Shown: positions 1-6,725, counted from the first letter of the stretch. The stretch is DNA of 14,243 bases from Marinicellaceae bacterium (GCA_050303435.1 JBNLBT010000085.1:1-14243); one strand, 5' to 3'. Notes: generated by a model not told the origin, from the sequence alone. Program-made: numbers and translations.

Positions 1-25
1 GCCGATCGTCCGCAAGGAGCAAGCA

Positions 26-379
26 ATGGCCGAAGCGCCGCGCAACTATCCCGATCTGCACGAGCATCTCGCCGCCCTTGAGGAGCGTGGCCTGTTGCGG
101 CGGATCGACCGCCGCATCGACAAGGACGCCGAGACGGCCTACACGGTGAAAGGCGTGTACGAGGCCATTGAACCGCATGACCGACTGGTCTTCAGCTGGG
201 CCTGGCAACGCCCGGAGGCCTACGATTCGCGCGTGGTTGTGGAGTTCTTCGAGCGCGATGGCGGTACCTTGCTGGTGCTGCGCCATCAGCGGCTCAATGC
301 GGACGATGCGGCCGATCACCGTGACGGCTGGGGCATGTGCCTGGGGCAGTTGCACGCTTTGTTGCAAAGAGGCCATTGA
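26..379 (+). CDS. Small SRPBCC/Aha1-like protein, probably a chimera: residues ~8-35 (NYPDLHEHLAALEERGLLRRIDRRIDKD) look like a UbiD-family decarboxylase N-terminus, the rest like the C-terminal half of an SRPBCC (Aha1/polyketide-cyclase-like) domain
   Basis: AAGGAG Shine-Dalgarno sits 6 nt upstream of ATG 26. The C-terminal segment VVVEFFERDGGTLLVLRHQRL...HRDGWGMCLGQLHALL is typical of Aha1-type SRPBCC proteins. At 117 aa the ORF is shorter than a full SRPBCC domain. Confidence 0.5.
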   Translation: MAEAPRNYPDLHEHLAALEERGLLRRIDRRIDKDAETAYTVKGVYEAIEPHDRLVFSWAWQRPEAYDSRVVVEFFERDGGTLLVLRHQRLNADDAADHRDGWGMCLGQLHALLQRGH

Positions 380-453
380 ATGTGCACCGGCGCGTTTGAT
401 TGTCACATGGCCTGTGTATAATGGGCCTATCAATCCAATCCGAGGCTCCGCCC

Positions 454-927
454 ATGACAGTCAAAGCACAACCCGAAGGCTACCTCGCCGTGACCGCCTA
501 CCTGGTGGTCAACAACGCCGCCGAGGCCATCGATTACTACAAGCGCGCCTTCGACGCGGTGGAATTGTTTCGCCTGGAAGCGCCGGGTGGCGGCGTCGGT
601 CACGCCGAAATTCGCATCGGCGATGCGCCGGTGATGTTGGCCGATGCGCATCCCGACATGGGCTTTAATGACCCCGGCGCCTACGGCGACACGCCGGTGA
701 GTCTGATGCTGTACGTCGAGGACGTCGACGCGGTGTTTGCCCGCGCGGTGGAACACGGCGCAGAAATCCTGCGCCCGGTGGTGGATCAGTTCTACGGCGA
801 TCGCACCGGCACCCTCAAAGACCCGTTCGGCCACGTCTGGACGGTGGGCACGCACACGGAGGATTTGACCCCCGAAGAATTGCAACAGCGCGCGGCTGAA
901 ATGTACGCGGAGATGGGCGCGGACTGA
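454..927 (+). CDS. VOC (glyoxalase/bleomycin-resistance/dioxygenase) family protein, PhnB-like
   Basis: MTVKAQPEGYLAVTAYLVVNNAAEAIDYYKRAFDA...HAEIRIGDAPVMLADAHPD...FGHVWTV is a classic PhnB/VOC fold signature. The ATG at 454 is preferred over the track start at 400 because it begins the conserved domain. Confidence 0.7.
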   Translation: MTVKAQPEGYLAVTAYLVVNNAAEAIDYYKRAFDAVELFRLEAPGGGVGHAEIRIGDAPVMLADAHPDMGFNDPGAYGDTPVSLMLYVEDVDAVFARAVEHGAEILRPVVDQFYGDRTGTLKDPFGHVWTVGTHTEDLTPEELQQRAAEMYAEMGAD

Positions 928-929
928 GT

Positions 930-1394
930 TCAGTCGCGCGCCGGCGGCTCGAGTTTTTTCAGAAAACACACGACCCGGTCCACTTCTTCGAAGCCAATTG
1001 CGCGGTGCGCCTGGTGGCTGGTGCGGTTGTCGATTTCGGCGTCGCTGGCCAGTTCGGTCAATCCCTGGGATCGCGCCCAATCTTCAGCCGCGCGCATCAG
1101 CGCCGTGCCGAGACCTGCACGCCGCTGGTCGGGATCAACGTACCAGCCCTCGACGTAGGCCACGTGGGGCGCCACGCTGCCCTCGGCGTAATTGCGCAGA
1201 TTCAGTTCAATGAAGCCGCACAGACCCGCGCCATCCCGTTCGGCCACTCGCACGGCCTGCACGTCGCGGCATTCACCGGCAAAAAACAAGCGGCATTCCT
1301 GCGCGTGGTCCGAATCCGAATCGGGCCACAGCACGCAGCGCATGCGCTGCCATTCATCAAGGTCTTCTTTGCGGATCGGTCGGATGGTGTGCAT
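930..1394 (-). CDS. GNAT-family aminoglycoside 6'-N-acetyltransferase, AAC(6')-I subfamily-like (resembles the Iz/Iy type)
   Basis: Motifs LWPD, GF.E..LR, EGWYVDPDQRRAGLGTALM, ELASDAEIDN and HQAHRAIGFEEVDRVV match AAC(6')-I enzymes as I recall them. AGGAGA RBS lies 7 nt upstream of ATG 1394 on the - strand. Its stop is 2 nt from the stop of the convergent VOC gene. Confidence 0.65.
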   Translation of the reverse strand: MHTIRPIRKEDLDEWQRMRCVLWPDSDSDHAQECRLFFAGECRDVQAVRVAERDGAGLCGFIELNLRNYAEGSVAPHVAYVEGWYVDPDQRRAGLGTALMRAAEDWARSQGLTELASDAEIDNRTSHQAHRAIGFEEVDRVVCFLKKLEPPARD

Positions 1395-1533
1395 GGATGT
1401 TCTCCTCTCAATTTAGGCAATGGCACCGTGATTGGGCCCACCTGTGGTGACATTCGCCGCTTGGCAGGTTTCAGTGTACGGGCGGGTGTCACACTTATAG
1501 ACAATCAATGACAGATAGGTTTCTTTGCAAGGC

Positions 1534-1543
1534 AAAAAAAAAA
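1534..1543. repeat. A10 homopolymer in the divergent intergenic region between aac(6')-like and the hydrolase gene
   Basis: caaggcAAAAAAAAAAcaacaaagg read directly from the sequence. Confidence 0.9.
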
Positions 1544-1563
1544 CAACAAAGGTGTGATCTCTG

Positions 1564-1575
1564 GCGTGGCCACGC
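1564..1575. promoter_or_regulatory. Perfect 12-bp palindrome GCGTGGCCACGC in the divergent promoter region, a candidate transcription-factor site
   Basis: The sequence is identical to its own reverse complement. It lies between divergently oriented genes. Confidence 0.4.
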
Positions 1576-1753
1576 GTTCAGAGGCGGCGTCATTGAACGT
1601 TGAGTCCTTCGTGCGCAGGAATCAATCCCAAAGACGAAGGAACATGGCTGCACTGACCGTTCATGCACCTGCACAACCGCTGGTACAATAACACACCACG
1701 GGAAGCGCCGCCGGTGCGACACTGGCGGCACATTGAAACCGAGGTGATTGAAC

Positions 1754-2632
1754 ATGAACATTTTGAACAGACAACGGGTGCGGGTGATGTGGCTGGCGGT
1801 GCTTTTGGCCGTGGGTGCTGTGCAGGCGCGCGATTTTGAAGTGCAGGTGCACGGCGAAGGTCAGCCGATGCTGCTGATTCCAGGATTGAGCAACCACGCC
1901 GCGGTGTGGGACGAAACCGTGGCTCGCTATCAAGACCGTTACCGCACGCACGCGGTGACCTTGCCGGGATTTGCCGGTGTGGCGCCGATGTCATACGAAG
2001 GCGATTACCTGGACGCGGTGACCGCGCAGTTGCTGGCCTACATCGATGCGCAGAAACTGCACAAGCCGGTCATCGTCGGGCATTCGCTGGGTGGCTACGT
2101 GGCCATGAAACTGGCCATTGCCCGGCCCAAAGCCTTCGACCGGCTGGTGATTGTCGACTCGCTGCCGTTCATGGCCGCCATGCAGGTGCCGACGGCCACC
2201 GAAGAAAGCATCAAACCGATGGCCGAAATGATGCGCAAAAACATGAACTCTAATGATGAGACCGCGCGTGCGGCAAGCCTGGACATGCTGTTGCCGAGCA
2301 TGATCACCGATCCTGAGCGGATCGCGCTGGCCAAACGCTGGGGCATGGATTCCGATCCGCACACGGTGGCGCAGGCCATGTATGAGTTGATGACGCGCGA
2401 TCTGCGCGACGAATTGCAGCAGGTCAAAATCCCGGTGCTGGTCATGGGCGCGTGGATCGCCTATCAGGGCTTTGGCATGACCCGCCAGCGGCTGCTGGAC
2501 AGCTACGGCGCGCAATACGAGGCCTTGGATGACCTGACACTGAAGGCCACCGACAGCGGGCGTCACTTCATCATGTGGGACGACCCTGAATTTTTCTTCA
2601 CCGAAATCGACGCCTTCCTCGCGCGGCCGTGA
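1754..2632 (+). CDS. Secreted or periplasmic alpha/beta-fold hydrolase (esterase/lipase-like), with signal peptide
   Basis: The N-terminus RVRVMWLAVLLAVGAVQA|RD looks like a Sec signal peptide. GHSLGG nucleophile elbow is present. GAGGTG RBS lies 7 nt upstream of ATG 1754; the track's TTG 1748 is a less likely start. The stop overlaps the next gene's GTG start (GTGA). Confidence 0.7.
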   Translation: MNILNRQRVRVMWLAVLLAVGAVQARDFEVQVHGEGQPMLLIPGLSNHAAVWDETVARYQDRYRTHAVTLPGFAGVAPMSYEGDYLDAVTAQLLAYIDAQKLHKPVIVGHSLGGYVAMKLAIARPKAFDRLVIVDSLPFMAAMQVPTATEESIKPMAEMMRKNMNSNDETARAASLDMLLPSMITDPERIALAKRWGMDSDPHTVAQAMYELMTRDLRDELQQVKIPVLVMGAWIAYQGFGMTRQRLLDSYGAQYEALDDLTLKATDSGRHFIMWDDPEFFFTEIDAFLARP

Positions 2633-3699
2633 ATTCCACCGCGCGCAACCACCGCAATTTCTGGCTGCTGAACGCCGCCGGGTGGGCCGTGTACCTGAGC
2701 ATCAGCGGGGTGTTTTTCGCCGCCATGAGCGGACAGATGAACCGCAACACCGCGCTGATCCAGGCACTGGCCTTTGCCTTGCTGGTGCCGGTCACCGGCG
2801 CCCTTCGGGCCCTGATCAAGGCGCGCGGCTGGGTCAACACCCTGGGTCGCCCCGGCGTCATTCTGGGTTTGTTGGGTTTGACGCTGCTGCTCTCGCTGGC
2901 GGTGCAATTCAGCGTGTCGCTGTTCATGATGTATGGCCTGGGGATGATGAACTGGTCGACGTATTCGGTGCCGGTGCTGGCGATGACCGTGGCGCAGACC
3001 TGGTTCATGCTGGTGGCCTGGCTGCTGTTGTATTTTGCCATCATCCACCGGCGCAACGCGCACCGCCAGGCGCTGGAGAAATGGCAGGCCGAAAGCGCTT
3101 TAAAAGCCGCCGAGTTGCACGCCCTGAAAGCGCAGCTGGACCCGCATTTCATCTTCAACTGCCTGAACAATCTGCGCGCGCTGGTGACCGAAGACGTGGA
3201 CCGCACGCGGCAGATGATCACGCATCTGTCGGAAATTCTCAAGTACACCCTGCACCACAACCGTCGGGAAAAAGTCACCCTGGGTGAGGAAATGGATCAC
3301 GTGGCCAACTACCTGGCCCTGCAGTCGCTGCACCTGGAGGCGCGCTTGCAGACTGCTGTGCAGGTGCCGCAGGCTTTGCGCAGCGCGCAGGTGCCGCCGC
3401 TGAGCGTGCAGTTGCTGGTGGAAAACGCCATCAAGCACGGCATCATGCATCGACCCGGCGGCGGTGAGGTGTCGATTGCGGCCAGCGCCGCACACGGTCA
3501 ACTGAGCGTGCAGGTGCGCAACCCCGGGGATTTGCAAAAGCACACCGCCGGCCATGGCATCGGTCTGAACAACCTGCGGGAACGGCTGGCGCTGCTGTGG
3601 CCGCACAACGCCGCATTGCATTTGCGTGAAGAGCGCGGCGCGGTGGTGGCAGATTTGCGGTTGCCACTGGAGACTGAAGGAGAACCCCGGCATGAATGA
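2629..3699 (+). CDS. Membrane sensor histidine kinase of the LytS/YehU (His_kinase PF06580-type) family
   Basis: Four to five N-terminal TM helices. The phospho-acceptor region ELHALKAQLDPHFIFNCLNNLRALV is the His_kinase (LytS-type) motif. An HATPase region (LLVENAIKHG..GHGIGLNNLRERL) is present. The GTG start overlaps the hydrolase stop. Confidence 0.75.
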   Translation: MNSTARNHRNFWLLNAAGWAVYLSISGVFFAAMSGQMNRNTALIQALAFALLVPVTGALRALIKARGWVNTLGRPGVILGLLGLTLLLSLAVQFSVSLFMMYGLGMMNWSTYSVPVLAMTVAQTWFMLVAWLLLYFAIIHRRNAHRQALEKWQAESALKAAELHALKAQLDPHFIFNCLNNLRALVTEDVDRTRQMITHLSEILKYTLHHNRREKVTLGEEMDHVANYLALQSLHLEARLQTAVQVPQALRSAQVPPLSVQLLVENAIKHGIMHRPGGGEVSIAASAAHGQLSVQVRNPGDLQKHTAGHGIGLNNLRERLALLWPHNAALHLREERGAVVADLRLPLETEGEPRHE

Positions 3700-4411
3700 A
3701 CACCCGATCACCGCCCTGGTGGTGGACGACGCGCGGCTGGCGCGCAAAGAACTTTTGCATCTGCTCAAGGCGCAGCCGGAAATCCATGCGCTGGGTGAGG
3801 CCGAATCGGCCGCGCAGGCGCGCGAATTGATCGCCGAACACGCGCCCGATGTGTTGTTTCTCGACATTCAAATGCCGGGAGAGGATGGCTTTGAACTGCT
3901 TGAGTCGCTGGATCACGCGCCGCAGGTGATTTTCACCACCGCCTACGATCAATACGCCATTCGCGCGTTTGAGCACAACGCCCTGGATTACCTGCAGAAA
4001 CCGGTCGATCCGGCGGCGCTGGCGCGGGCCATTAAACGCTTGGCCACGCGCGTGAAACCCGCAGAAGCATCGCGCAACGCGGCCCACCCGCGCCGCGTGT
4101 TTGTCAAGGACGGTGAGGCCTGCTGGTTTGTGCCGGTGGAACGCATCCGCCTGCTGGAAGTGGACGGGCATTACACCACGCTGCATTTCGATGACGCCGC
4201 GCCGATGATCGCCAAGACACTGAATCAACTGGAAAGCCGCCTGGACCCGGCGCTGTTTTTCCGCGCCAACCGCAATCAAATGATCAACCTTCAGCACATC
4301 GAAGACGTGCAGCCATGGGTGCAGGGCGTGCGCGTGCGGCTGAGCGACGGTCGCTGGGTGGAACTGTCACGGCGCCAGAGCCAGGCTTTCCGGGCGCGCA
4401 TGAGCCTGTGA
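3692..4411 (+). CDS. LytTR-family (LytR/AlgR-type) response regulator
   Basis: Receiver domain ALVVDDARLARKEL...VLFLDIQMPGEDGFELL, plus a C-terminal LytTR DNA-binding domain (FVKDGEACWFVPVERIRLLEVDGHYTTLHF...FFRANRNQMINLQHI). The ATG overlaps the kinase stop (ATGA). GAAGGAG RBS is upstream. Confidence 0.8.
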   Translation: MNEHPITALVVDDARLARKELLHLLKAQPEIHALGEAESAAQARELIAEHAPDVLFLDIQMPGEDGFELLESLDHAPQVIFTTAYDQYAIRAFEHNALDYLQKPVDPAALARAIKRLATRVKPAEASRNAAHPRRVFVKDGEACWFVPVERIRLLEVDGHYTTLHFDDAAPMIAKTLNQLESRLDPALFFRANRNQMINLQHIEDVQPWVQGVRVRLSDGRWVELSRRQSQAFRARMSL

Positions 4412-4419
4412 ACGGGCAT

Positions 4420-4472
4420 TTGTTAAAAAAACGTTAAAATTTGCTTGACATGCTTCGAGCGGCGGTTAAAAT
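4420..4472 (+). promoter_or_regulatory. Near-consensus sigma70 promoter (TTGACA-16 nt-TAAAAT) with an A/T-rich UP region and GTTAAAA(T) direct repeats
   Basis: TTGACA at 4445-4450, TAAAAT at 4467-4472. Repeats GTTAAAA at 4421-4427 and 4432-4438, 11 bp apart, and again at 4464-4470 overlapping the -10. Confidence 0.6.
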
Positions 4473-4478
4473 GCGTCG

Positions 4479-4699
4479 CTTATTTGAAATCACACCGCGC
4501 CACAGGCGGCGGTCAACATCAGGAACAACAACGTGAATAAAGGCAGATACAACAATCAGATGATACAGCGGTCACCGCACGCGGTGCTGCCGTTTCATTG
4601 CATGATTTAATGCCTTTCTTCAGCGAAAGGCATGCATGGCCTTTCGCTTCTCTCTGCTTCGCAGGAAACCCCGTCAGGCCACGCCGACGGGGTTTTTTT
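4479..4699 (+). ncRNA. Candidate ~220-nt small RNA or leader transcript, running from the strong promoter to a strong Rho-independent terminator; contains a 25-codon small ORF
   Basis: Bounded by the promoter and the terminator. Internal 9-bp hairpin GCGAAAGGC-ATGCATG-GCCTTTCGC at ~4623-4647. Small ORF GTG 4533..TAA 4610 (MNKGRYNNQMIQRSPHAVLPFHCMI) with AGGAA 8 nt upstream. Confidence 0.35.
4669..4699 (+). terminator. Rho-independent terminator
   Basis: CCCCGTC-aGGCcacGCC-GACGGGG stem followed by TTTTTTTATTTT. Confidence 0.8.
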
Positions 4700-4804
4700 A
4701 TTTTCCTAAACCCCGTTTTAAAGAATTGCTGATCCTCATGGCGTCGTCTCTGTACGGCGACCCGGTGCCCCCGACGCTGTCGGTGTGCATGCCGGATCAG
4801 ACAA

Positions 4805-4878
4805 TGCTGGATAGCTCAGTTGGTTGGAGCAACCCATTCAGATTGGGTCGGTCGAGGGTTCGATTCCCTCTCCAGCTC
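4805..4878 (+). tRNA. tRNA-like gene with a class-I cloverleaf and predicted anticodon CAG at 4839-4841; its isotype is anomalous because a CAG anticodon normally implies a class-II Leu tRNA
   Basis: Manual fold: acceptor TGCTGGA/TCCAGCT (6 bp plus a U1:U72 mismatch); U8 A9; D-arm GCTC-AGTTGGTTG-GAGC (Met-elongator-like); anticodon stem ACCCA/TGGGT with loop TTCAGAT; 5-nt variable loop CGGTC; T-arm GAGGG-TTCGATT-CCCTC; discriminator C; no encoded CCA. Confidence 0.5.
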
Positions 4879-4944
4879 TGAAGCTCAATGGTGGAGCAGG
4901 TGAATTTACTCATCGGGTTGCAGGTTCGATTCCTGTCAGAGCAC
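4874..4944 (+). pseudogene. Second, degenerate tRNA-like cloverleaf that overlaps the 3' end of the first by 5 nt (probable tRNA pseudogene or duplication relic)
   Basis: Acceptor AGCTCTG/CAGAGCA (6 bp plus an A1:A72 mismatch); D-arm GCTC-AATGGTG-GAGC; anticodon stem GGTGA/TCATC with a non-canonical 6-nt loop ATTTAC; T-arm GCAGG-TTCGATT-CCTGT. It repeats the TTCGATTCC T-loop of the first element. Confidence 0.3.
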
Positions 4945-5188
4945 TTCGATCTGTCCTTTTACGACAGATGGCGAAGCCATCAGGAACGCAAGTTCCCATC
5001 CAGTAAAAGACGTGCAAGGGTCTTAAAACATTGCAACCGACCTCGGTGCAGCGGCGCAGGCAGGCGCCATGAATGTCACCCGGACGTGTCGGCACAACGA
5101 CCGCAACGCTTCAATCCATGCAATGGGCATGGTTTCTGTGTGTGGCTCGGCCAATGACGGCTGGCGCGGGTTTGCCCGCGCGCCGTGG

Positions 5189-5255
5189 GGTGTGCAGCGC
5201 TGCGAGACGCAGGGCGTGTGATTCGACAGGGCGGTCGAATCGCAGCGGGCACACC
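5189..5255. repeat. Long imperfect inverted repeat (composite hairpin) in the intergenic region, preceded by the GC hairpin GGCGCGGG-tttg-CCCGCGC (5163-5184)
   Basis: Inner perfect stem GATTCGAC-agggcg-GTCGAATC (5220-5241). Outer arms GGTGTGCAGCGCTGC and GCAGCGGGCACACC are near-complementary. Confidence 0.5.
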
Positions 5256-5521
5256 ACACCCGGCTTGATTCCGAGACTCCCGCGTTGTGGTCGTGAGGCG
5301 GTTTTTTTAATTTGAGATGCAGGCGATCAAAGGGATCGCATGCATCGGGCGTTGGCGGGATGGCCCGCGAACGCTGCAGGCAGGTGGCGTGGAGGTAATC
5401 AATGAGGCGGGCGCGTGCGTTGCATGCGCCCATTTTAGAACGTATTTAAACAATGCAAATTCAATGAGAATAACTTAGCAAAGGCGCCGATGCCAGGCAT
5501 GGGTGCCACAGGAGAAGACCG

Positions 5522-6655
5522 ATGACTATCAGAAAAAGAATCGTGATTGCAGAAAACGAACGCGGCCTGGTGTTTCGAGACCGGCAGTTTGTGGCGTGCC
5601 TGAAACCCGGCGTCGAATATTTTTGGGATCCGCGCAATCGCATCCAGGTGCGGGTGTTTGATGTCACCCGTGCGGAAGTGAACGATGCGAATGTGTTGAA
5701 CTGGCTGAAAGGCCGTGCCGATTTGATTGGCGTGTACTTTGATGAAGTGCGCACCAATGAAAATCAGGTGGCGTTGATTCGCTGCGATGGGCAGTTCATC
5801 GATTTGCTGGCACCGCAGTCGCGCAAAGTGTACTGGTCAGAACCGCTGTGCGTTGAGGCTGAGATCATCGACATCGCCGCGCAACCGCGCATCGATGCGG
5901 CCACCGTGCGCGTGTTGCGCAAAGCCCTGGCCAAAGGCGTGCTGGGGCAGGGCGTGCTGGTCAAGCAGATCAACAGCCAGTGCGTGGGTCTGTTGTCGAT
6001 CGACGGCGTGCACAGCGAAGTGTTGCCGGCTGGGACACACGCCTACTGGCGCTTCAACCGGGCCATCGACATCGTCGAGGTTGACACCCGCGTGCAGAAC
6101 ATGGAAATCAGTGGCCAGGAAATCCTGACGCGCGATAAAGTGTCTCTGCGGGTGAATTTGTCTGCGGCATTTCGCATCAGCGATGCCTTGGCGATGGTGC
6201 AGCAATTGTCCGACAGCAAGGCGTTTTTGTACACCGAATTACAACTGGCTGTGCGCAAAGCCATCGGCGGCAAAAACCTGGACGCCCTGTTGGCGGACAA
6301 ATCAGCAATCGACACTCAGGTGTGTGCCTGGGTGCGCAAGTCTCTGGACGGTCTGGGCTTGCAATTGCTGGATGTGGGCCTGAAAGACGTCATCTTACCC
6401 GGTGACATGAAAGCCATTTTGAATCAGGTGGTGGAGGCGGAAAAAGCCGCCAAAGCCAACGTCATCAAACGGCGTGAGGAAACCGCGGCCACACGCTCTT
6501 TGCTGAACACCGCGAAGTTGATGGACCAGTCCCCGACTTTGCGGCGTCTGAAAGAACTGGAGACTTTGGAAAAAGTCTCTGACAAAGTGGCGTCCATGAC
6601 CGTGTTTGGCGGGATCGAATCCCTGTTGCAGGATGTGATCAAAGTGCGTCAATGA
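5522..6655 (+). CDS. SPFH/band-7 (slipin/stomatin-like) domain protein with a ~190-aa N-terminal extension of unknown function
   Basis: C-terminal half (ISGQEILTRDKVSLRVNLSAAFRI...ILNQVVEAEKAAKANVIKRREETAATR) is a typical SPFH domain with a coiled-coil tail. ACAGGAGAAG RBS is upstream of ATG 5522. No N-terminal TM helix was seen. Confidence 0.7.
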   Translation: MTIRKRIVIAENERGLVFRDRQFVACLKPGVEYFWDPRNRIQVRVFDVTRAEVNDANVLNWLKGRADLIGVYFDEVRTNENQVALIRCDGQFIDLLAPQSRKVYWSEPLCVEAEIIDIAAQPRIDAATVRVLRKALAKGVLGQGVLVKQINSQCVGLLSIDGVHSEVLPAGTHAYWRFNRAIDIVEVDTRVQNMEISGQEILTRDKVSLRVNLSAAFRISDALAMVQQLSDSKAFLYTELQLAVRKAIGGKNLDALLADKSAIDTQVCAWVRKSLDGLGLQLLDVGLKDVILPGDMKAILNQVVEAEKAAKANVIKRREETAATRSLLNTAKLMDQSPTLRRLKELETLEKVSDKVASMTVFGGIESLLQDVIKVRQ

Positions 6656-6660
6656 ATGCA

Positions 6661-6698
6661 GCCCGTACAGGCCTGGCCTGTGCGGGCTGTTTTGTATT
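6661..6698. terminator. Intrinsic terminator between the convergent SPFH and DUF1801 genes, probably bidirectional
   Basis: 11-bp stem GCCCGTACAGG-cctgg-CCTGTGCGGGC followed by TGTTTTGTATT on the + strand. Confidence 0.7.
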
Positions 6699-6725
6699 CA
6701 GCGCATGGATAACTAATGCCGCGGT

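Noticed and set aside
430-1080. 216-aa ORF on the - strand overlapping the VOC gene
   Set aside because: It is antisense to a well-supported domain-bearing CDS, has a low-complexity Arg/Ala/Gly-rich translation typical of GC-rich antisense frames, and has no RBS.
1991-2566. 191-aa - strand ORF, and the 1906-2253 + strand ORF, inside the hydrolase gene
   Set aside because: Shadow ORFs in alternative frames of a high-GC gene, with no domain signatures.
2598-4297. Long - strand ORFs (2598-3278, 3100-3867, 3443-4297) opposite lytS/lytTR
   Set aside because: Antisense frame artefacts. The real genes on the + strand carry unmistakable His_kinase, receiver and LytTR motifs.
4636-4881. 81-aa + strand ORF spanning the terminator and the tRNA-like element
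   Set aside because: It runs straight through an intrinsic terminator and a tRNA cloverleaf. It is not coding.
4805-4944. Integrative element, prophage or island boundary at the tRNA-like pair
   Set aside because: No integrase, recombinase, transposase or flanking direct repeat of the tRNA 3' end longer than the overlapping relic was found within the window, so a mobile-element call is unsupported.
5023-5433. 136-aa - strand ORF and the 5073-5315 + strand ORF in the structured intergenic region
   Set aside because: They coincide with the long inverted repeats and GC hairpins. The compositionally biased translation has no RBS or domain.
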